A stretch of 64,000 bases of DNA, from NCBI GenBank assembly GCA_902462305.1, contig CABQBC010000001.1:52561-116560 (forward strand), given 5' to 3'. The notes beneath the pieces were generated by a model. It was not told the origin of the DNA. It saw only the letters and a list, made by a program, of their open reading frames with translations, and made no database searches. The DNA comes from an uncultured Flavobacteriales bacterium. GTDB lineage: Bacteria; Bacteroidota; Bacteroidia; Flavobacteriales; UBA1820. The position numbers and the translations under genes were made by a program. Below, piece by piece: positions 56,703 to 64,000 of the stretch (positions within the stretch are counted from its first letter, which is position 1; each line of letters starts with the position of its first letter).

Positions 56703-58265
56703 ATGGAATCAATAGATTTTCAGCTAATCGACTGGTCGAGAGCGCAGTTCGCTTTGACAGCCCTTTACCATTGGCTTTTCGTCCCGCTCACATTGGGCCT
56801 TACGTGGATAATAGCCATCATGGAGACCATCTACTACCGTACCGGCGACCCGCAGTGGAAAAAAACGACCAAATTCTGGATGAAACTCTTCGGAATAAAC
56901 TTCGCTGTCGGCGTGGCTACGGGGCTTATCCTCGAATTCGAATTCGGAACCAACTGGTCGAACTACTCGTGGTTCGTGGGCGACATATTCGGCGCGCCGC
57001 TTGCCATAGAAGGCATCATGGCGTTTTTCCTTGAAACGACGTTCATAGCCGTCATGTTCTTCGGCTGGGACCGTGTGGGCAAAGGATTTCACCTTACATC
57101 GAGCTGGCTGGTAGCTGTCGGGGCCAATCTCTCCGCGCTTTGGATACTCGTGGCTAACGCATGGATGCAGGATCCGGTAGGCATGCAGTTCAACCCCGAA
57201 ACAGCACGCAACGAAATGATGGACTTCTGGGCGGTACTGCTGTCCCCCACTGCTATCAACAAATTTTTCCATGCCGTATCGTCGGGATATGTCACTGCAG
57301 GGGTATTCGTCATCGGCGTAAGTTCATGGTACCTTCTCAAACGCCGCCACAATGACATGGCCAAACGCAGCATACGCATTGCCGCCATGTTCGGCATGTT
57401 CGGCATATTGCTCAGCATTTACACCGGCGACGGTTCCGGACGGCGCATATTCGAGATACAACCTATGAAACTGGCCGCCGCCGAAGGGCTCGTTTACGGG
57501 CGTACGGAAGCCCCGCTTACGGTCATCGGCATAGTAAAACAGGACAAAGGTCAGGGTTATAAATCGATAGACGTACCTGGAGTGGCAATACCGGGCATGT
57601 TGTCGTTTCTTTCCGACCATAGCACCGGCACGTTCGTTCCGGGTATAAACGACCTTATAGAAGGTAATCCGGAACAAGGCATAATGTCCGCTTACGAAAA
57701 AATGCGCCGGGGGTACGAAGCCCAAAAAGCCCTGGCCGACCTGAGGGAAAAAGAAAAAGGCTCTCTGGAATACGAACTGGCGTTGAAGAAATTCTACGAT
57801 CCGCAGTGGAAAAAAGAGCATTTTTCATACTTCGGATACGGGTACTACTACGACAAAGACCCGCAGATAATGGAAAAGAACGCGCAAAGGCTCGTGCCGA
57901 ACGTACCTCTCACATTTTATTCGTTCCGCCTGATGGTAGGCCTGGGAATGTTTTTCCTCGCTCTTTTCGCTCTCTCGCTGTACTTCTCGTACCGTGACAA
58001 ACTCGAAGGCAAACGCTGGTTTTACTATGCTGCCGTAGCGGCCATACCGCTGGTTTACGTCAGTTCGATGTGCGGCTGGATAGTGACCGAAGTGGGCCGC
58101 CAGCCCTGGGTGATACAAGACCTTATGCCGACCGTATCGGCCGTATCGCAGGTAAGCGCAACAGCCGTGCAGACCACGTTCTGGATATTCGCAGCCACGT
58201 TCACCGTTCTGCTTATCGCCGAACTGAAGATTATGTTCTCCCAGATTAAAAAAGGTATAAACTAA
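56703..58265 (+). CDS. cydA: Cytochrome bd ubiquinol oxidase subunit I
   Basis: Start set at MESIDFQLIDWSRAQFALTALYHWLFVPLTLG. Also contains the Q-loop and GWIVTEVGRQPW. Confidence 0.95.
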   Translation: MESIDFQLIDWSRAQFALTALYHWLFVPLTLGLTWIIAIMETIYYRTGDPQWKKTTKFWMKLFGINFAVGVATGLILEFEFGTNWSNYSWFVGDIFGAPLAIEGIMAFFLETTFIAVMFFGWDRVGKGFHLTSSWLVAVGANLSALWILVANAWMQDPVGMQFNPETARNEMMDFWAVLLSPTAINKFFHAVSSGYVTAGVFVIGVSSWYLLKRRHNDMAKRSIRIAAMFGMFGILLSIYTGDGSGRRIFEIQPMKLAAAEGLVYGRTEAPLTVIGIVKQDKGQGYKSIDVPGVAIPGMLSFLSDHSTGTFVPGINDLIEGNPEQGIMSAYEKMRRGYEAQKALADLREKEKGSLEYELALKKFYDPQWKKEHFSYFGYGYYYDKDPQIMEKNAQRLVPNVPLTFYSFRLMVGLGMFFLALFALSLYFSYRDKLEGKRWFYYAAVAAIPLVYVSSMCGWIVTEVGRQPWVIQDLMPTVSAVSQVSATAVQTTFWIFAATFTVLLIAELKIMFSQIKKGIN

Positions 58266-58280
58266 AAAAACTACACCGCT

Positions 58281-59444
58281 ATGTTCGAACAATTCACAAC
58301 GCTAATGCTCCAGCAGTACTGGTGGATGATCATTTCGCTTCTGGGCGGATGTCTGGTGTTCCTCCTTTTCGTACAGGGAGGCCAATCAATGCTTTACCAG
58401 GCCGGGAAAAGCGACATAGAGCGCACGATGATAGTAAATGCCCTCGGGCACAAATGGGAACTGACGTTCACTACGCTCGTCACATTCGGAGGAGCATTTT
58501 TCGCATCGTTTCCCCTGTTCTACGCCACCAGCTTCGGAGGCGCATACTGGGTATGGATACTCATTCTTTTCTGTTTCATAATACAGGCCGTATCGTACGA
58601 ATTCCGCTCCAAAGCCGACAACCTTCTGGGCAGCTCGACATACGAGGCATTCCTGATAATAAACGGCTTCGGAGCTACGATGCTGCTTGGCGTAGTCGTT
58701 GCCACGCTTTTTACCGGCAGCGAATTCTCGATAGTGACGAACTCCGACAGCGGCCTTGTCAACCCGACATGGGAAGGCGGGTTCGGCGGACTGGAACTGG
58801 CCTTCGACCTGTCGCGATATACCACATACATAAACCTGTCGCTCGGCCTGGCGGTGATGTTCCTATCCCGCCTTTTGGGCGCAATGTACCTGCGTAACCG
58901 GATAGACAACGAGGAAATAAACAAACGCGCGATGAAAATAATACGCCGCGAGACGCCTTTCTTCCTGCTGTTTTTCCTCTTTTTCCTGGCAAACATATTG
59001 GTAAGGCCGGGATATGCCTACGATGCCGCTGGCCTTATAAGCATGGAGCCATACAAATACCTGCACAACTTTATACAGATGCCTCTGGTAGGAATAGCGT
59101 TCGTAGGCGGAGTAGCCGGTGTGCTGGCGGGAATAGCCATAGGCGGATACACGAAGAGCAAATCCGGAATATACTATGCCGGAACCGGAGCTTTACTGGC
59201 CGTATTCGCGCTTCTGCTGTGCGCCGGACTGAACGATACGGTGTACTATCCGGCTACCGGACGCTACATACAGAACGGCCTGACGATAGAAAACAGTTCG
59301 TCGGGACGCTATACTCTGGTTGTGATGAGTTACGTATCGCTGCTCGTACCGTTTGTAATAGCGTACATAGCATACGTATGGCGTTCCATGGACAAAAAGA
59401 GAATAGACAAACAAAACATAAAGGAAGAATCCCACACGTACTGA
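58281..59444 (+). CDS. cydB: Cytochrome bd ubiquinol oxidase subunit II
   Basis: 387-aa polytopic ORF directly after cydA, with a typical CydB N-terminus (LQQYWWMIISLLGGCLVFLLFVQGG). Confidence 0.95.
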   Translation: MFEQFTTLMLQQYWWMIISLLGGCLVFLLFVQGGQSMLYQAGKSDIERTMIVNALGHKWELTFTTLVTFGGAFFASFPLFYATSFGGAYWVWILILFCFIIQAVSYEFRSKADNLLGSSTYEAFLIINGFGATMLLGVVVATLFTGSEFSIVTNSDSGLVNPTWEGGFGGLELAFDLSRYTTYINLSLGLAVMFLSRLLGAMYLRNRIDNEEINKRAMKIIRRETPFFLLFFLFFLANILVRPGYAYDAAGLISMEPYKYLHNFIQMPLVGIAFVGGVAGVLAGIAIGGYTKSKSGIYYAGTGALLAVFALLLCAGLNDTVYYPATGRYIQNGLTIENSSSGRYTLVVMSYVSLLVPFVIAYIAYVWRSMDKKRIDKQNIKEESHTY

Positions 59445-59468
59445 CACGGGGTTATAAACGACAACATT

Positions 59469-59508
59469 AAAAAAGGCTGGCAACAAATATTTGTTGCCAG
59501 CCTTTTTT
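59469..59508. terminator. Bidirectional rho-independent terminator
   Basis: AAAAAAGGCTGGCAACAAATATTTGTTGCCAGCCTTTTTT between cydB (plus strand) and the 499-aa gene (minus strand). Confidence 0.9.
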
Positions 59509-59543
59509 AATGTCCAAAACGCAAAAAAACATATGTCGTAAAA

Positions 59544-61043
59544 TCAGGCAAGCCCCGCAGCCTTTAACGAACCTCCCGAAGAAAAAGCATCCATTTTACG
59601 GTCTATACTCTCAAGGTAACGGTTATAACGTGTATTTGCCTCTATCCTGTTCAACGCTATCAGGCTCTCGGCCAGTTGATCCGCCGAACGCGACTGGTTC
59701 AACCGTATGGCATTCATCTGTCCGGCCACGAGCGAAGCGGTTTCCTCGCTCACACCCTTTATGGCAGCAGAAAGGGTATTGGCGGACGAATTGGAAACGT
59801 CCAGTCCAAGTTTTTCCAGTATCTTCTGCAACTCCGGCGACAGTTTTTTTATCTTTTCCGACGTATCCTCCACCTGTTTTTCCAACTCCGGGGTTATGAT
59901 ATCGTCCAGTTCCATTTCACCGGACAGGTAACCGGAAACCCTTTCCTGGAATTTCTTGAATATAGGATCTATCTGAGCCAATATTACCGAATCGGAGAAG
60001 CCGTTTACAATAGCCTTGCGCATGACATCCTCGAAATTCTTTGCAAAGTCCCACGTGGCTTCCTCGCCCTTTTCGAATGCATCTATCCACGACTGCGCCA
60101 GACTGTCGGCAGTAGAACCTATCGTTTTATCCACGAGTTGCTGCTGCTGTTGTTCCCACTGTTCCTTTTGCTCGGCTATGGCTTTCAGACGGTTAAGATA
60201 AGCCATATACTCGTCGTAATGGTCATTGCTCTTGTTCATCAAAGGGTTAGACCCTGCGGAATTCAGCCAGTCGAGGTCACCCGCATTGTTTTTAAGCGCA
60301 GCAAGGGCGTTCAGATAATCCCTTTCGGTGCGCTTGTACGCCGCACTGTACCTGCCATCGAGTTTGTCTCGCGTCGCATCCATCGACTTATCTACGTCCG
60401 ACAGCACGTCCTGACGCGATGCTCCGGCATTGCCTATACCTTTTTCTATCTGTTTGTATTTTTCACGCGTTATCTGCTGCTCGGTCACAAGGCGCGAAGA
60501 AGTAAGAAGTCCGAGCTGTACTTCTGCCGTAAGCTGTGCGTTCAACGCCTGAAGATGTTCCCTCTGGTATTTTTTTTCTTCCTCCCTGCGTTTTTTGAAA
60601 ATACCGACTATACTTCCAGCTATGGAAAACGCCGCGCCCAACCCTCCGGCAATACCTCCGAAAATTTCCCCGAATTTGGAACCCGATTCCCCGGCCGCTT
60701 TCTTCAATCCGCTGTCCATCACCTGAGTGGCCTGTTCCGCCTGAGATACGGCATCCGACATAAGCCCCGCAGGCCCGCCGCCGCTTTTCACCGCCGATAT
60801 TTCGTTTATCGCCTTGGCAGCCGCCGAAAATCCGGACACCATATCACGCCCGCCAGAGGCGATAATTTCCGTCAGGCCGACAGCCTCCCTCAGGTTGTCG
60901 TTCAGATGTCCAACACCATTGGCCAACCCTCTCAGCCCGTCCATACTCTCCTGAATATTCCTGTTGAACTCTGCCATTTCGCGGCTGAAGTCATTCATCA
61001 TTACATTTTCCTGTGTATTTACACTATTCTTTCTTTTCGCCAT
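59544..61043 (-). CDS. Hypothetical single-pass coiled-coil membrane protein, tape-measure-like in composition
   Basis: 499 aa with one Gly-rich TM helix (FGEIFGGIAGGLGAAFSIAGSIVGIF) followed by KKRREEEKK, long predicted helical Q/E/K-rich regions and an ...NTRYNRYLESIDRKM tail. I recognise no enzymatic motif. Confidence 0.7.
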   Translation of the reverse strand: MAKRKNSVNTQENVMMNDFSREMAEFNRNIQESMDGLRGLANGVGHLNDNLREAVGLTEIIASGGRDMVSGFSAAAKAINEISAVKSGGGPAGLMSDAVSQAEQATQVMDSGLKKAAGESGSKFGEIFGGIAGGLGAAFSIAGSIVGIFKKRREEEKKYQREHLQALNAQLTAEVQLGLLTSSRLVTEQQITREKYKQIEKGIGNAGASRQDVLSDVDKSMDATRDKLDGRYSAAYKRTERDYLNALAALKNNAGDLDWLNSAGSNPLMNKSNDHYDEYMAYLNRLKAIAEQKEQWEQQQQQLVDKTIGSTADSLAQSWIDAFEKGEEATWDFAKNFEDVMRKAIVNGFSDSVILAQIDPIFKKFQERVSGYLSGEMELDDIITPELEKQVEDTSEKIKKLSPELQKILEKLGLDVSNSSANTLSAAIKGVSEETASLVAGQMNAIRLNQSRSADQLAESLIALNRIEANTRYNRYLESIDRKMDAFSSGGSLKAAGLA

Positions 61044-61097
61044 ACTTTCCGTACCTTTTTTATTTGTCTTTTCTCATTGCACACATCTTGTTATTAA

Positions 61098-61105
61098 CAA
61101 ATATA
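61098..61105 (-). promoter_or_regulatory. Candidate -7 promoter box (TATATTTG on the minus strand) for the 499-aa gene
   Basis: Plus-strand CAAATATA, about 55 nt upstream of ATG 61043. Confidence 0.35.
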
Positions 61106-61491
61106 ATCAAAAAAGAAATAAAACACAAGTTTCACAGATGTAAAAAAATATAACTAATCCTCCGTCGCCACGGACAATAATGCTTTCCGCAACTTCAATA
61201 ACTACCATTGCATCTCACCCCGGCATGAAACACAGCCCGAATGTTATTGCGTCATTATATGCGACAGTCATATTTTCCCGCACATGCACACCGGTGAATA
61301 AACCGGCAATGTCCCCATAAAGCCCCGGCAGAAATACGGCGGCAAAGAAGCCGACGTGATGATATCCCTTAACTCCACGATTAACATTTTCCGGCCATTT
61401 ATTTCCGCAACTTTATCTATCTTAGCACTCACAAAGGCCGTATGAACGTCCGTAAACTCATATTGCGCTTTCAAAGAAAACGGAAGGAAAT

Positions 61492-62745
61492 TTGATATTA
61501 ACCAAATACATAGTATTCGTATTTTTATGTTGCGCACTATGCATATGCCACATATGCAAGGCACAGGAGCGCGACAACAAAATACATTCAAAAGGAGAAG
61601 CTCCCGACACGGTACGGTACGGCATAAGCCCGGCGGTAGCCGACTCCACCTCCGGCGTACCTGAAGCAAAAAAATCGAAATTCATAGGCTTCATAGACTC
61701 CGTGAGCAGCCTTTTTGAGGTAGATACTACCAAACGCCGCAAAGTGTCGTTTCTGGCCGTTCCCGAATTTTCATACTCGGAAGAGGACGGCTTGGGACTT
61801 GGATTCACAGCGCGTATGTACATAAACAACTACAAACCAGCCGTAATTGGAAGGATCAAACGACAATCCTACGTGGACCTTTCCGCCGATTTCACATTCA
61901 AAGGCAACATGTCGGTATCCATACGTCCGGTCACGTATTTCATGAACGACCGTCTGCTGGTGAAAGGTTACTTCGGATTGGGGCACTACCCTTCGACATT
62001 CTGGGCAATTGGCCCCGACACCACCGACGATCAGAGCGAAGAATACGACAAACGCACAACCATACTGCGTATCAGCACTTACTGGGAATGGTTCCGGAAC
62101 ATATACATAGGCGTAGGGCTGCATTACAACGACTACGGCGTATCAGACGTTAAGGAAGGAGGTATGCTCGAACCTGGGACCATAACAGGCAGCTCCGGAA
62201 CAGTTTCTTCCGGTTTTTCCCTGCATTACCTGTACGACCGACGCGATCATCAGTTCGTTCCTTTGGACGGGCTATACCTGAGCGTCGACGGATATTTCAA
62301 CGCTAAATTCATGGGAAGCAGCGAAAATTACACGAAATATCTGGTCGATATACGGTATTACGTCCCGATAGCATCCACACAAGTGATTGCATTCAATTTC
62401 TACTCGCAGATGTCCACCGGACATGTTCCGTTTCAGGATATGGCCCAGTTGTCCAACGGGGTACACAGCCGTGGATATAGCACCGGCCGGTACAATGACC
62501 GCAACCTTATGTCCGTACAGGCGGAATACAGGTATTACTTCGGGCGCTTCGGACTGGCCGCTTTCGCCAGTACAGCCAACGTAGGGCCTACACCATTGAA
62601 AGCCCTTAAAATGGACAAGCCAACATTCGGCGGCGGACTTCGTTTCAAGCCCTTCAAAAACCAGAGGATGTACTTCCGTGCCGACATAGGCGTGACCACA
62701 CGCGGCGATACGCAGATATACCTCGGTCTGGACGAACTTTTCTAA
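61492..62745 (+). CDS. Omp85/BamA-TamA-family outer-membrane protein (bacterial surface antigen D15 barrel, no POTRA seen)
   Basis: 417 aa with a beta-barrel pattern. The C-terminal ...GGGLRFKPFKNQRMYFRADIGV...YLGLDELF is typical of Omp85 barrels. The start is TTG at 61492 because there is no in-frame ATG near the signal peptide. Confidence 0.8.
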   Translation: MILTKYIVFVFLCCALCICHICKAQERDNKIHSKGEAPDTVRYGISPAVADSTSGVPEAKKSKFIGFIDSVSSLFEVDTTKRRKVSFLAVPEFSYSEEDGLGLGFTARMYINNYKPAVIGRIKRQSYVDLSADFTFKGNMSVSIRPVTYFMNDRLLVKGYFGLGHYPSTFWAIGPDTTDDQSEEYDKRTTILRISTYWEWFRNIYIGVGLHYNDYGVSDVKEGGMLEPGTITGSSGTVSSGFSLHYLYDRRDHQFVPLDGLYLSVDGYFNAKFMGSSENYTKYLVDIRYYVPIASTQVIAFNFYSQMSTGHVPFQDMAQLSNGVHSRGYSTGRYNDRNLMSVQAEYRYYFGRFGLAAFASTANVGPTPLKALKMDKPTFGGGLRFKPFKNQRMYFRADIGVTTRGDTQIYLGLDELF

Positions 62746-62947
62746 ACACGAAATGCTTTTTTGTCACTTGAATTATCCTTTGAAATCGGAATAGGAAGCA
62801 TTGTGTACACCGCACCACCCGCCGGCTATAAGGTTTTGTCCGGTTATATAGCCGAAATCCCTGACGAGCGGAAAAGCGCGGAGAAACCTTGGGTGCATTA
62901 TGTGCTGAAACCGTAAATATTGCCACCCATGACCGCATCCGCAAAAC

Positions 62948-63010
62948 AACCCCGATAAAAATACGGACAGCCGGGCCTATGGCCCGGCTGTCCGTATTTT
63001 TATCGGGGTT
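62948..63010. terminator. Perfect 30-bp-arm inverted repeat (bidirectional terminator)
   Basis: AACCCCGATAAAAATACGGACAGCCGGGCC-TAT-GGCCCGGCTGTCCGTATTTTTATCGGGGTT between convergent genes. Confidence 0.85.
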
Positions 63011-63016
63011 TACAGT

Positions 63017-64000
63017 TTAAAGATTATTTCTTTTTTGAAAAAATAAATCCTTAGACAGAATATAACCCATCGCACAAACAGCCCCTAAGAACATAAAACC
63101 GATGAGTATCACAGATTTCCGAGGTTTGGACTGATAAATAGGCACCGAAGCCGGCTCTATCACCGTTATGCACGGAGTTTGTTCCTGTACTTTCATCTTG
63201 GCTGTTTCGAGCTGTTGGGCGGTAGCATTATACACTCCGTAGGCAAGGTTCATTTCATTCCTCAGGCGGTCTTCTTCTATCTGTACAGTCTGTTTTATTA
63301 TGTTTTTGTTCCTATCGACAAAATCGGCGTATTTCCCCTGCGCAGAATAATAAGCGGCTTTGGCTTCGTCGAATGTTTTCTGTGCATAATCCATATCCTG
63401 ACGGGCCTTGTCCGTACGGTATCTTATTATATATTCTCCGAGTTTATGCACTATCGAATCGGCCACCACAGCGGATATCACCGGATCCTGCATGGTCACT
63501 GCCACACTCATCACCCCAGACCTCTTGTCGATAGAAGCATTCACCCTTCCATAGAGAACCTTCAGCACGCGTGATTGTTCACCCGTGAGAGAAAATATGT
63601 CTATATCCTCGCCGGCACGGCCTGATTTCCCGCCTTCACCCGAAAACAACGACGACACCCAGTTCATAAATCTCGAAGGAGCCTGGATTATATACGTCCA
63701 CCAGGCCGCCTTCTGTTCCTTTGCCAGATAATTGTAAAGTGTGACAGGCTCGTCCATTTTCCGGCCCTGTACCTTTATGCCGCACATTTCGGCCAAAAAA
63801 GGCTTGGTTGTGACCACCTCAGGATATAAAGGGACTCCTATACCGTCAGCTCCGCGTGTTCCGCCGCCGAAACCGCCCATACTCAGCAAATCGGCAATTC
63901 CGGAAGTCGATTGCGTGTTTCCGCCTTCGGCAACCATTTTGACAGGAGTAATATATTCGGCCGGTATGCTGAAAGCAACAATAAGCCCCAATACAGCCGA
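63017..64000 (-). CDS. Polysaccharide chain-length determinant (Wzz/GumC-like) protein, C-terminal part (5' end beyond the window)
   Basis: Open to the window edge. It has coiled-coil periplasmic region wording (TDKARQDMDYAQKTFDEAKAAYYSAQ) and a C-terminal TM helix (SVILIGFMFLGAVCAMGYIL). Confidence 0.8.
   Translation of the reverse strand, partial: SAVLGLIVAFSIPAEYITPVKMVAEGGNTQSTSGIADLLSMGGFGGGTRGADGIGVPLYPEVVTTKPFLAEMCGIKVQGRKMDEPVTLYNYLAKEQKAAWWTYIIQAPSRFMNWVSSLFSGEGGKSGRAGEDIDIFSLTGEQSRVLKVLYGRVNASIDKRSGVMSVAVTMQDPVISAVVADSIVHKLGEYIIRYRTDKARQDMDYAQKTFDEAKAAYYSAQGKYADFVDRNKNIIKQTVQIEEDRLRNEMNLAYGVYNATAQQLETAKMKVQEQTPCITVIEPASVPIYQSKPRKSVILIGFMFLGAVCAMGYILSKDLFFQKRNNL

Noticed and set aside
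59544-61043. Prophage or phage-remnant island around the tape-measure-like gene
   Set aside because: There are no integrase, capsid, portal, tail or lysis genes, and I saw no att-like direct repeats or tRNA. The flanking genes are core respiratory and envelope genes. Only the single orphan gene is reported.

Overview
This window is a dense, mostly housekeeping chromosomal segment that looks like Bacteroidales (Bacteroidota). Supporting signs are a DUF4492-cydAB operon, recurrent TAnnTTTG promoter boxes, PCMD-domain lipoproteins, a histone-H1-like mini-gene and a DUF4271-hemD pair. Genus cannot be assigned by eye. I support about 57 protein-coding genes, including fhs, greA, gyrB, mtaB, nrdJ, rnpA, rnhA, guaA, menF, cydAB, a P-type ATPase, transporters and outer-membrane proteins, plus many hairpin terminators. 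I found no rRNA, tRNA, CRISPR array, transposase, integrase or prophage. Items worth a second look: (1) A tight five-gene minus-strand operon (8562-13256) encodes a PCMD protein, an SRD5A-type steroid 5-alpha-reductase, an OYE flavin reductase and two SDRs. It matches the published gut-Bacteroidales 5AR/5BR/3beta-HSDH bile-acid (isoalloLCA-type) cluster. (2) A modular intergenic repeat family of about 110 bp occurs at four loci, all in one orientation. One locus carries a 51-bp tandem duplication, and most copies lie inside minus-strand operons. (3) A C9 homopolymer sits in the 5' part of a lone hexapeptide acyltransferase gene and is a candidate slipped-strand phase switch. (4) An orphan 499-aa coiled-coil membrane protein resembles a tape-measure protein and has no phage neighbours. 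(5) An ECF-S component, mini-phosphoribosyltransferase and TAT-DUF362 trio follows a menF gene that lacks menD/B/C/E. (6) A terminator-like hairpin lies in the greA leader. (7) A TetR-controlled PCMD lipoprotein and beta-barrel pair is present. Nothing here is demonstrably a new system. All functional calls rest on by-eye motif and family recognition and need database confirmation.
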